Of a stretch of DNA of 64,000 nt, positions 1 through 11,274 are shown one piece after another; the stretch's first letter is position 1, and every line of letters begins with the position of its first letter. The translations under genes were made by a program, and so were the position numbers. The DNA is from Octopus bimaculoides (Eukaryota), in contig NC_068985.1 of assembly GCF_001194135.2 (NCBI RefSeq), positions 44,346,971-44,410,970 of the forward strand, written 5' to 3'. The notes under the pieces were generated by a model that was not told where the DNA came from, made no database searches, and was given only the letters and a program-made list of their open reading frames with translations.

Positions 1-143
1 TATATATATAAGTTTTGTTTTGTTGCATTCTTATCAGTTCAAAATTCATTCTTGGTTTCAATTATTGGATGATGTTTGATGTATTTCTTCTGGTTTTAAT
101 GTTAATACAATAACCTCCTTCGGATTCAGCAGTTTTGATAGGT

Positions 144-179
<36 letters not shown>

Positions 180-1313
180 GGGGTGGGATGAGGGAGAAAG
201 AGCACTAAGCTGTACTGTGTGTGTGTGTGTGTGATTGAGTAATCAGATAGCAAGAGAGAGTAATAGTGACAGATAAATAAGGCAAAGGATTTTGATGTTC
301 TCTGGTTTCTCTGGACAGGTTATCTAAATAACTTCTTTGTAGGTAGAGATAGTTTATGAGCTGAGCTGTCTAAGTATTAGTAACAGTATTAGAAATAATG
401 AGAGAGAGAGAGAGAGAGAGAGAGGAATACTAGAAATAGCAACAGAGAGAAAATAAGAGAACATGAGAAATAAAAGAGAGGACTATTAAAGATAATAATA
501 AAAGAGGGGGAAGAGGGTGAAAGATATAAAGAGAGTAAGTGAAAGTGAACAGCTTGTGAAAGATGAAATGAACAGAAGAAAGCTAGACAAAGATATTGAA
601 AGAGAAGGAAAGATAGAACAAGTATACACTACAGCAAAAGAAGAACATTCTGAAACTCACATAAAACAAACACACACACACACACATAAACACACCTAAA
701 TTCTATAGTTCTTCAGAAAGAATAGTTTCCCTTCTTTACATCTCTTGGATGGCGGGAAGCTAGTTGAGATTCCAATGATACTCAAAACCATTTACCAGAT
801 TGAATGTCAGTCAGCTTACATAAATTGGTAATTAGAAATTTGGACTAAAAAGATCCAAGGAATTCTAAAAGCAAGATAAAGGGCTGTTGTTTTATGCTAT
901 GCAAGTTAGCGATTTAATATATTTGCATGGTTAAGTGTTGTGGTGGACAGTTGGTATGCAAGTACATACTTCATCTATTAAATATATCAAAAAGTGTCTT
1001 CTTTGCAGATAATATTAATATACAGAGATGATGTACTTTATCTCTCACCCTTCTCCTCTCCTTTGTTATCTATCATAGCTTCTAGACTAATTACATTCCA
1101 CCGGATGAAGTATTTTCTTTGCTTCACATCTCAATAAAAGATTTTCTCAGCTTTATATTCATTAATTCAAATGAAAGCAAATTTTGCTCAGCCAGTTTTC
1201 CAGCCCATCTTCAGGTGATATAAATTTATTTTTGCTTTCAGCTCTAGAAAATTTGTTTATTTATATCTTGAGTAAGAAAATTTAATTAACGATTAAATAT
1301 TGTTAATTAAATA

Positions 1314-2452
1314 TCAGGTCATCCCATAAGTTATGTCCGATTTTACCTTTTCTAAAATTGAATGAAATTTAATAGTATTTTATAATGTCTAATGGAATTA
1401 AAAATTATTTTTATGCATTTGTGTACATTTAAACTAATTAAATATTATTTTACAGAACAATAGAATTAAAATTTCTTTGATTAAAACCCTTTCTAACATG
1501 GAAATATCTAAAGAGCATTTCAGGCACATAAAGTTTTATGAGTACAAAAAAGGAAACTCTGTAGTCGAAGCGACTTGAAACATACACTCAGTTTATGGGA
1601 AAGAATGCTTAAATGAAAGAACTTGCAGAAGATGGTTTGCAAAATTTAGAAGTGGAGATTTCAGCCTTGAAGATGAAAATTGAACAGGACGTCCAGTTCA
1701 GTTTAATGATAAGCTCCTTGAGGCATTACTTGAAGAAAATCCTGCATTATCAGTTGAAGAATTGGTAATAAAGCTTAGTTCAAACCATACAACTGTTCAT
1801 TGTCATCTTCAACAACTTGGAAAGGTTCCTAAACTTGGAAAATGGGTGCCTCATGAATTGTCCAAAAGCAACTGCAAATCCCGAGTTGACATCTGCTCTT
1901 CTCTCCATTCTCACAAACTCATTTTTACCCTTTTTGGATAGACATATGACTGGTGATGTAAAATGGATCTTCTATCGAAATGTTAAACATCGTAAACAGT
2001 GGCTTGGTAAAAGGGAAAAATCTCAACCACAACTAAGAAGGGAACTTCATGGGAAAAAGGTTCTTCTCTCTATCTGGTGGGATTGCAAAGGAGTAATTCA
2101 CTTTGAATTGCTACTACCCAATGCAGCAATCAATGTTCAAGTCTACTGTTAGCAATTAAAGCATTTGAACCAAGCTTTGAAGAAAAAAAGACCCGCTTTA
2201 GTGATTCGAAAAGGAGTGATGTTTCATCAGGACAATGAGCGACCCCACACTGCAAAGCTCACATCACAGAAAATCGAAGAGCTTGGTTAGGAAAAAATTC
2301 CTCATCCACCTTATTCTCTTGACCTTGCTCCTTCAGACTACTATTTGTTTCAGAGTTTACAGAATCATTTGTGGGATATAACTTTCGCAAGCCAGGAGGA
2401 GGTCGAAACTGACATTTCAGAGTTCTTCACTTTGAAACTAAAGAGTTTTACA
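1314..2452 (+). mobile_element. Mariner (DD34D) DNA transposon fossil; left TIR present, 3' end and right TIR missing
   Basis: TA followed by TCAGGTCATCCCATAAG (mariner-type end). ATG at 1498 gives MEISKEHFRH...RRWFAKFRSGDFSLED...WVPHEL, a frameshift, then TGD..W, KKVLLSIWWD, HQDN and PYSLDLAPSDY; 34 residues lie between the second and third Asp. Stops at 1576 and 1681 (TGA, likely from CGA) plus two TAG. ORF 1817-2152 is part of it. Confidence 0.95.
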
Positions 2453-2484
2453 TCACTTTAAACTTGCTAATATAATATTTGGGA

Positions 2485-2772
2485 TACCTTTATCTCCACT
2501 AAGTATAGATGCAGATGTGTTACCTAAGATTAAATTTGAGGATCTAATCAAAGACTTTGCAATTCAAAAAAAGTAGGAGGAAACTTTTCAAATATAAATA
2601 AAGTGGAAGTATACAAAAATAAACATTATTCTCCCTCTTACTGTTTTGTCTTGAAAAATAAAAATTTATTTTATGGTTTGTTATTGTTTATATTTTGAAT
2701 TACATAATCTTTTATGGGGGCACCAAAATCTTTTAAGTGCTTAGAACCTCGATGGGTCTTAATCCGGCCCTG
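2485..2772 (+). mobile_element. 3' end of a hAT (Tip100-like) transposon: C-terminal fragment, 3' UTR and right TIR
   Basis: Reads PLSIDADVLPKIKFEDLIKDFAIQK/KSRRKLF*, like the end of the hAT dimerisation domain. Ends GGGTCTTAATCCGGCCCTG (2754-2772), whose reverse complement CAGGGCCGGATT is a Tip100-type terminus. Confidence 0.7.
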
Positions 2773-3080
2773 AGGTTTGGTGATACAAAAAGGAAAATAA
2801 AACTGAAAACATGAGTGGTAAGAAGCTTGCTTCCCAACCACATAGTTCCAGGTTCAGTCCCACTGCGTAGCACCTTGGACAAATGTCTTCTACTATAGTT
2901 GGACAGTTTGACATGAGCAGACAAGCCAGAGGACTGTGCTATGCTCTATTTGCCTGTTTTGGCATGGTTTCTATGGCTGGATGCCCTTCCTAATGCCAAC
3001 CACTTTACAGAGTGTGAATTGGGGATTTTTACATGGCACCAGCATCTTTTATTAGTAATCAGCAGACTGACTTAAAAGCT

Positions 3081-3700
3081 GAGTCAAGTTTCATGGCTGG
3101 CCAGTAACGTATTTTTCTGCAATGTATGGATAATTTATCCTGATCACGCTATTTATAGCATTATCACACATTTGAGAAATAAATTTATTTCTGTATCTTA
3201 CAATACATCTCAATGCTTCTAAAAGCAAACTTTGTTTGTTTCCTTTCATCGTAAAGTTGAATTTAACGTTAGCGTCTTATGAAGCTAAATTTATAAGTTC
3301 TAAAATTGCAGAAGAATTCGTTGCTGGGCAGTTTAGTTTAATGGTAAAACACTTGACGTGTAATCACAGAGATGTGAGTTCAAGTCTCATGGCTGACCAG
3401 TAACGTATTTTTCTGCAATGTATGGATAATTTATCCTGATCATGCCATTTATAGCATTATCACGCGTTCGAGAAATAAATTTATTTCTGTATCTTACAAT
3501 AATAACAACATCGAAAAATACCTTAGGAATGAGAACCCAGGTTCGAAATTTCCCCAAGACTCCTGATGAAGGCTGGAGTGTATTTCAGCCAAAATGTTGT
3601 GTTAACAACAAACAAGATGAGGACAAATATCCATCAATTGTAAATAATGTAGATAATGTACATAACTCCTCATCTCTTAAATATAGAACTGTCTTAAATC
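3081..3700 (+). repeat. Direct-repeat element: ~125 bp duplicated block (3081-3205 and 3378-3502) with a tail carrying a decayed hammerhead-like core, Penelope-like
   Basis: Near-identical CATGGCTG.CCAGTAACG...GTATCTTACAATA twice; CTGATGA at 3563-3569 followed by a GGCTG/CAGCC stem. Confidence 0.55.
3326..3399 (+). pseudogene. tRNA-Thr(TGT)-like cloverleaf, degenerate, embedded in a repeat
   Basis: Acceptor GGGCAGT/GCTGACC with one mismatch, D stem GTTT/AAAC, anticodon loop CGTGTAA (G at U33, broken stem), T arm GTGAG-TTCAAGT-CTCAT. Confidence 0.6.
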
Positions 3701-4003
3701 ATTCTGTGATCTATTATAATAAAAGTGAAATTCTGTCTGTCTGGGACCCCTGTATCTCAGTCTACTTTTGCTCTGCATAGACATATACCTTTTTGGAATT
3801 AGGATGATCCCAGGATTGAAAATCTGCCCTTCATTTGGTTCTTGAACATCCAGTATCAGGATCTGATTTAAAAGCATTTGGGTTGCTACTTCTGGCAGGT
3901 AAAGCTTGGCTGATTCATGCCACCTTGGTCAGCATTTGTCAGATGATGTCAGAGATAAAGGGGGAGATAAATGACATTTGCTTCTTTAATTTTTCATCGA
4001 GGT

Positions 4004-4392
4004 TGTTGTTGTTGGCACTCCATTGCTTATGACGTCGAGGGTTCCAGTTGATCTGATCAACAGAACAACCTGCTCGTGAAATTAACGTGCAAGTGGCTGA
4101 GCACTCCACAGACATGTGTACCCTTAACGTAGTTCTCGGGGATGTTCAGCGTGACACAGTGTGACAAGGCTGACCCTTTGAATTACAGGCACAACAGAAA
4201 CAGGAAGTAAGAGTGAGAGAAAGTTGTGGTGAAAGAGTACAGCAGGGTTCGCCACCATCCCCTGCCGGAGCCTCGTGGAGCTTTTAGGTGTTTTCGCTCA
4301 ATAAACACTCACAACGCCCGGTCTGGGAATCGAAACCGTGATCCTATGACCGCGAGTCCGCTGCCTTAACCACTGGGCCATTGCGCCTCCAC
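4004..4392 (-). mobile_element. tRNA-derived SINE, family B, full length and young
   Basis: A box TGGCCCAGTGG, B box GGTTTCGATTCC, (CAA)n tail, 12-bp TSD TTTCATCGAGGT at 3992-4003 and 4393-4404. Confidence 0.9.
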
Positions 4393-4710
4393 TTTCATCG
4401 AGGTAATAACTTTGGAACAAATTGGCCAACAGCTGGAATTCAAATTGGGACTGGAACAATAGAATGATTGCATTACAGAATTAATTCTCGTCCGTATTTA
4501 ACCTCTGGTCACACACCACCAGGGCATATAGTCATTATAAACGTATTATAGTCATGCTATTTAGCTCTCTTTAGTTTTGGGCCACAGACCCAATTAGCCC
4601 TCCACAGGAGCTAGCTTAAAAGTCCACACAGAGTGTGGCTTTTAAGCTAGTTAGTAATAAAGAAACATTTTTGTATATCTAGCTATATGAATTAAACTGA
4701 ATTCACTTAC

Positions 4711-4904
4711 GTCAGTTGTTCTTGAAGACATTACAAGCCACATCAACATGCGGTTGGTCTTTGACTTGCACCACTTTCTGGAGATGAGACACTAAGGCAG
4801 TGTCAAGGTCACTTGGAGAGCTCCTTTTTGGGTCGGTCAGTTGAGTCCTTAATTGTCCAATGACATCAGCTGTTGGACCATTCAGGATATAAATCTCCAA
4901 CAAT
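4711..4904 (-). CDS. SELENOJ: Next internal coding exon (194 nt, phase 2 in, phase 1 out) of the SelJ-like gene, with an in-frame TGA (candidate selenocysteine) at 4712-4714
   Basis: Acceptor tattttcag, donor gtaagt. Joins the previous exon as CG|A = Arg and reads LLEIYILNGPTADVIGQLRTQLTDPKRSSPSDLDTALVSHLQKVVQVKDQPHVDVACNVFKNN-TGA-C|. Matches the recalled fish SelJ segment (LEHFILNGP...QLSDPNRKQPQDLD...VFPNT-U-GLPG). The other two frames are closed early. Confidence 0.88.
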
Positions 4905-5386
4905 CTGAAAATACATCATTATAAATTAAGTTTGAAAAAGGGGATTATGGTGGGTGGCCTCTGGGGTTAAGGCTCTAGTTAATGTCTTTGTTATACAATG
5001 GCTAAAATTCTGTTATTTTTATTGGTCTGGCCTTGGCCCTTTAGAGAAATCTTGTAGCATTAAATATCTTTAATTTACCTTAGTGAAAATATAGATTATT
5101 CCCTCTGAACAATTAAGGGATTTACATTAAATTCTGAAAACATTTACAACAGAAATTTCCCCAAATATCTAAATCTGAAGAACCTTCTAGCTAGTGCAAG
5201 CTTGAGAAAGGATGGTGGAAGGTTAGGGGTGAAAGGAAGTGGGGGGATGTTTGAACGGAATAAATAAATACTAAGTAAATTGAATTTTGTTCACAGAGGA
5301 ATTTGTGGAAGAAAGGAGGAGGAAAGAAAGTGAAATGAACTGGAATATACAGGTTGTATGTGTGAGAGAGGGGTAAAGGGAGGAAG

Positions 5387-5418
<32 letters not shown>

Positions 5419-6894
5419 CATGAGTGTGAGTAAAGATATATATATATATATATACGTAATGGGTGTATTCTCTGTTGGAAGATTAATGGAAACAATTTCC
5501 AGCCTATCAGATATCTTGAAATGTTCTTGAAGTAAAATACCGTATTCTCTATGGTATACGGCAAATTCTATAATGTTACAAAGAACTGAATGGTTCCATC
5601 ATTAATGCATTTACCTATTGGAAAGCTTTTACCACAATTGCCAGATTGATGCCGTAGCTATCATCATCATCATCATCAAGTTTAAATTTTTGTTCTTGTA
5701 TACAGACACGGTTTAGATGCTACAATTTATATAAAAGGCAAACCAAAGTTTGAAGAAACTAATAATGGTTAGCACCAGTGAAGTTTGTAAATTCAGAGAA
5801 GTCATTGTAGTTAAGGATGAAGGCAGTCCTGATGTTTGGTGCAGGCAGAAAGTCTCCATTAATCTTGACAGCAAAGACTAATACCACTGAAACTTTGTTT
5901 TGTTTTTACCTTCTGTACCCTGTTTTCACCCTGAGTACTAATGGTTCTGTTATCTTAGCTATAAGGTCTCCCTCTACTGACTTCTATATCTTTTGTATTC
6001 TGATTCTAACTTGATTGCTAATGGTTGTTTACTTGCTGCTCCTTAACTATTTCCTTTCTCTTCCCTGCCTTAATACCTTAGTTAAAGACAATAATCGTGA
6101 CTGACATTTTAGGGTTGCTGACTTGTGGAAGTTATCTTCAAACCAGAGATGCAACTGAAATGCTTCCAACCGCATGGACTCTGAAATAAATTTACTCATA
6201 AACTAGGGTTGATAAACCAAGTGATGGATAAAGTCTGCATTCTAAAAACAAGTAATGGCCTCTTCATTGAAATTCTTCAGAGTTTTGGGTATCAAGTTCT
6301 ACTCACAACACTTTGGTTAACCAAAGGTTCTAGTAAAAGTCACTTGGCCAAAAAGTTGCAGAATGAGATTGAACCTGGAAGCATTAGTTGTCAAGCAAAC
6401 TTCTTAACTGCATAGCAACAAAATCGTCCCATCTACAACTATAAGCAACAACAACAACAATGACGACGCCGTGTTTGTGTGCACGTTTTTGTGTGTGCAT
6501 GTGTTTGCATGCATATTTGTGTGTGTGTGTGAGTGAGTGTTTGTGTCTGTGTGTAATAGGTGCAGGCATAGATGCGTGGTTAAGGTGTTTGCTTTAAAAC
6601 CAAATGGTTTTGGGTTCAAGCCAATTGTACGGCACCTTATTCAAACGTTAATGATTTAAGAGAAAGAAACACTACTGAAATGTCATCATCATCGTCATCA
6701 GTTAATATTCATCTTCCATTCTGCTATGTGTTGAATTGTGTGACAGGATCCAACAAGCAGGAGAAATGCATTCAGCCACAATGTCTGCTTTGGCATGGTT
6801 TCTATGGTTGGATGCTCTTCCTAACACCAATCACACAACAAAGTGTATCGAGTGTTTTTCTCATGTTACAGTAACAAGTGAGGTCACCAGGTAA

Positions 6895-7570
6895 CTTTCA
6901 AATTTTGGCACAAGGCCAGCACTCTTGGGTGAAGCGTAAGTTGATTACATCGACCCCAGTGTTCAACTGGTACTTATTTTATTGACACTGAAAGGATGAA
7001 AGGCAAAGCAGACTTCAGAGAATTTAAACTCAGAATGTAGATATGGGCGAAGTGCTGCTAAGCATTTTGTCTGATGTTCTAATGATTCTGCCAGTTCACC
7101 ATCTTAATAACGATTTCAAAATTTGGCATAAGGCAAGTAAGTTCGCAGAAGGGAATGAACCATTTACATTGACCCAGTGCTCAACTGGTAGTTATTTTAC
7201 TGATCTTGAAAGGATGAAAAGTAAAGTTGACCTTGGTCAAATTTGAACTCAAAACTTAAAGACAGATGAAATGCTTATTTCTTTACTGCCCGCAAGGGGG
7301 CTAAACATAGAGGGGACAAACAAGGACAGACAAAGGGATTAAGTCGATTATATAGACCCCAATGCGTAACAGGTACTTATTTAATTGACCCCGAAAGGAT
7401 GAAAAGGCAAAGTGGACCTCGGCGGAATTTGAACTCTGAACGTAGCGGCAGACGAAATACCGCTAAGCATTTCGCCCGGCGTGCTNNNNNNNNNNTGAAC
7501 GTAGCGGCAGACGAAATACCGCTAAGCATTTCGCCCGGCGTGCTAACGATTCTGCCAGCTCACCATCTTG
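6895..7570 (-). mobile_element. Three adjacent family D SINE copies; 7274-7570 is the youngest
   Basis: Repeated TTGAACTCAGAA (B box on the minus strand), GAAAGGATGAAAGGCAAAG and GGTACTTATTT blocks. The youngest copy spans a 10-N gap. Confidence 0.8.
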
Positions 7571-8189
7571 CACCACTTTAATAACACATACACAAAAAAA
7601 AAAAAAAAAAATGAAATAAGAATATAATTACTGTAGTTATTACACAAAGTTATTATATACCAAAAACATGAACATACATGAAATTCTTTTTTTTCATCTT
7701 GTTTATGAAAGAAACAAAACAATGAAACAACAACATTGAGAACAAAACCACAAAAATTATGTTACCTTTGATGTGGGTGAAAATATAAATAAATAAATGA
7801 GTTACTCATCCATTTACTGGTTGGTGTCTAGTCAGTGGTGGGTAGTGGGATGGAAAATTTGTATGTGTGTATATATGTGTGTGTGTGTGTGTGTGAGAGA
7901 GAGGTATGTCCCACCTTATTACATTAGTTACTTTCATAATTCCGAGATAACAATTACATTACCAACATACCATTATAACAATCATGATAGGAATTATTAT
8001 TATTATTATGTTTCTGTACACATATAGATAGATAGAGACAGACAGACACACACAAATTCAACCAAACAGACATATACTCAGAGGAACACACATATGCAAT
8101 CTGACTAAAAAAATCTGCACACATTTAATATCCAACTATATACATGTAGGTATGAACATAATACAAATGAAAACCAATACATATACAAC

Positions 8190-8278
<89 letters not shown>

Positions 8279-9517
8279 TGGACGTTAAATGATGATGATA
8301 TATATATATGTATGTATGAATGTATGTATACTTATGTGCATTCACAAGTACACATAGATCTATATTTGTGTTTATAAATGTGTGAGAATCAATCATTGAA
8401 ACTCTGAACAGATGTAATAAGCCAGAGATACGTTAACCCTAGCAGATTCATAATTGACTTTGCTAATTAGAATCTTCACAAGCAGAGACTGCAACATGAT
8501 ATAATAGCTAGGACTCTGCTATGGTGCTACAATGTGTGCAGAAGTGAGAATTTCAACATTTGCCTGGCTGCATATTGAAATGGTAGGTATTGTGTGCAGT
8601 GAGAATTGGCTGAATGTTACCATAGCAACAGAAATATTTCAGAATATAGAACATATTAAGAGGTTTTGAAACAGAAACAGTTTTTTCCCTAAAAAAAGAA
8701 ATCTTGACATTTCAAAGGATTTTTCCACTCCGTGTGTGTGTGTACACTTGCATGTGTGTGTATATGCAGACACACACATATAGGTGCATGCATGGTTGTG
8801 CTGCTAAGATGCTCGTTTTGTTTTCATGTTGGTTGAGGTTCAGTCCCACTGTGCAGCACCTTAGGCAAAAGTCTTCTACTGTAACTTCTCTCTTCCTCTC
8901 CCTCTCTTTCTCTTCTCTCTGGCCAAGTGACCATGTATCTCCTCTATAGCAAGACACCTGTTTCTGCCTCTCTGTCACACTCTAACCCTTTATCCTCTAA
9001 CACAAGATCACTCCCTCCCCTCTCAAAATTCCTTGTCTTGCAAGTTACCTGGTAACTCTGCCAGTGCTGGTGCCACGTAAAAAGCATTCAGTCGACACTG
9101 TAAAGTGGTTGGCATTTGGAAAGGCATCCAACGGTAAAAATCATGCCAAAACTGACCATGCCTGTGCTGGTGCCACATAAGAAGCACTCAGTCCACTCTG
9201 TGGAGTGGTTGATGTTAGGAAGGGAATCCAGCAATAAAAACCCTGCCAAAACAGACACAGTAGCCTGGGGTAGTCTTCATGTTGCATGCATGGAAGTCAA
9301 ACGTTAAATGATGATGATGATAATGATGATGATGAGGAGGAGGAAAGATAGATAGATAAAGCACATACATGGCAGTGTGGTTACAAGTATGCTTCCCCTA
9401 CATGGTTCGGAGTTCATCCCCACTACTTGGTGCCTTGAGCAAGTTTTTTCTAGTATAGCTCCAGGCTGACTAAAGCTTTGTGAGTGGATTTTGTAGATAG
9501 AAATTGAAAGAAGACCA

Positions 9518-9596
<79 letters not shown>

Positions 9597-10014
9597 CAAT
9601 TAGAGGTTAAAATAGCCTTATTAAGGGATAGTAATATCCAATGAATTACTGGATCATTGCCTAATATTTTTTGTGAATAATAATATTCATAAAATAATAG
9701 GTCTAAATATAAATCTTGGTTTATAAATATTCAAAAGTAAATTTAGATGATTCGAAAACACAACACCTAATAACCTAATGGTATATCTTTTCTACCCCTC
9801 TGATGAGATTTTGCCTAATATAATGATTTAATTATTGTAATTTAATCTTTCAGCCTAAATTGAAACAGCTGTAAGAGAATATGTTGGATTGTTGCAGATA
9901 ACAAATAACANNNNNNNNNNNNNNNNNNNNNNNNNNNNNNNNNNNNNTATATATATATATATATATATGGTGTATATATGCATGCATGTATGTATATGTA
10001 TGTGTGTGTGGGTA

Positions 10015-10265
10015 TTACTGTCTCCTTGTCTTAACAACATGTGACAGTTCTAAATAAGTGTCAATGTTATGCAAGTGGTGTCCCATGTTTCCAGTCTTCT
10101 ATGAAAGCATGTCTGGTCAAATGGAAATGTTACCTTCCTTAGAAAACAGATAAAGGTTGGCAACAGGAAGGGCACCTGACATGGAAAATCTGCCTGAACA
10201 AAATTCCATGCAACTCATGTGAGCATGGAAATATGGGCATTAAAATGAAGAAGATGATGATGATA
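10015..10265 (+). mobile_element. Non-coding retroposon with an RTE-like 3' end; further copies near 16270 (-), 31295, 36790 (-), 45590 (-), 51120 (-)
   Basis: CCTTGTCTT.ACA...GGTTGGCAACAGGAAGGGCA...GCATGGAAA...CATTAAAATGAAGAAGATGATG. Confidence 0.6.
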
Positions 10266-11117
10266 TATTTGCATGCGTATATGTGTATCACATATGTGTG
10301 TGTGTGTGTGTAAAAGTGTAAGTGTATTTGCAAGCCAAGTTTGTTGTCATTTTCCACTCTTGACATATCAACTACCGGCTCTGCACTTTTAATCCTTGCT
10401 TGCAGCCATTTCTTTCCTCTTATGGCATACCAATGGCCTTAGCGAAGGGCTGCTATATGGTCACACTATCTGCTGGGGATATAAACTAGCATTACAGTGC
10501 TTGACCAATGAATTGTCTTCTAACTGTGGTCACTACCTTTATTCTGTCTTGCTTCTTCTATTTATCACCCATATTTTGTGCACTTCAAGCTCTGCACTGA
10601 ATACTTATTTTACAGTTTCTCTTCCCTTCAGAAGGCCACAGTTGGAAAGTCTATATATTTCTTCAATCAGAGATGGCATGTGATTAAACACACATCAATC
10701 TTGGCACTTAAAACAAGTCTAAATTTGATGCTGAATTTCCAGGCACCTCAAAAGAAAAAAATGTGTTTTGAGGCCATTTTGCTTCCAATCCACCATAGCC
10801 ATCGCTGAACAGTTTGGTTATGTATAGATTTTCTGATAAAACAGTAGTAAACAATCAATGGCTACATTACAATATTGTGATCAACACTACGAAACACTGT
10901 TTTATAGAGTGTAGAAGGAAATCTTGATTAAAACAGTATATGAGATGCTCTCAATACTCTATCATAGATCTGAAACACATCATTCCCAAAAGATGAGCAG
11001 ACACAGGACAATAGAAGCTTACATAGCTGCCAGCATACTAAGACACAGACAGACAGAGGACAATAGAAACTTACAAGGGTGCCAGTACACCAAAACACAG
11101 ACAAACAAGAAACTTAC

Positions 11118-11274
11118 CGAGCTGCCAACAATCCAAAAGCAACAGCAACATCATTGTTTTGGGTGAGTCTTACGACTTGTTCGACTTTGTCTAGAAGTTG
11201 AGGATGGCCAGCATAGAGAGCAGCAACAGGAATAATTCTTAGAACACAGTCTATTTGTTCATCAGATTCAGAAC
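11118..11274 (-). CDS. SELENOJ: Internal coding exon (157 nt, phase 1 in, phase 2 out) of a selenoprotein J / J1-crystallin-like gene (ADP-ribosylglycohydrolase family)
   Basis: Minus strand: long CT-rich tract ending ttttctag, then GT TCT GAA ... GCA GCT CG, then gtaagt. Open frame (G)SESDEQIDCVLRIIPVAALYAGHPQLLDKVEQVVRLTQNNDVAVAFGLLAA(R). The PVxAxYAG and VRxTQNND motifs match SelJ/J1-crystallin as I recall the family. Too short to appear in the ORF track. Confidence 0.9.

Larger units (their letters stand above)
4905..11117 (-). other. Phase-2 GT-AG intron (6213 nt) between the two SelJ-like exons
   Basis: GTAAGT at the 11117 end and TTTCAG at the 4905 end; the flanking exons join in frame; the contents are SINEs, retroposon tails and microsatellites. 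Confidence 0.85.

Noticed and set aside
3326-3399. Functional tRNA-Thr gene
   Set aside because: G in place of U33, broken anticodon stem, acceptor mismatch, and a partial second copy within a repeat; kept only as a pseudogene or SINE head.
1-4710. Downstream SelJ exon or SECIS element
   Set aside because: No phase-1 exon with an LPG-type motif and no convincing AUGA/GA kink-turn hairpin seen; both are expected left of the window.
4712-4903. ORF-track 63-aa standalone protein starting MLEIYIL
   Set aside because: The start is a TTG one base inside a splice acceptor; it is an internal exon, not a small gene.
7437-7544. Exact 49-bp direct repeat
   Set aside because: The two copies flank a 10-N gap: an unmerged contig overlap.
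10360-10800. Possible LINE endonuclease remnant on the minus strand (GSDH, RPLVC)
   Set aside because: Motifs are short, in different frames and out of the expected order.
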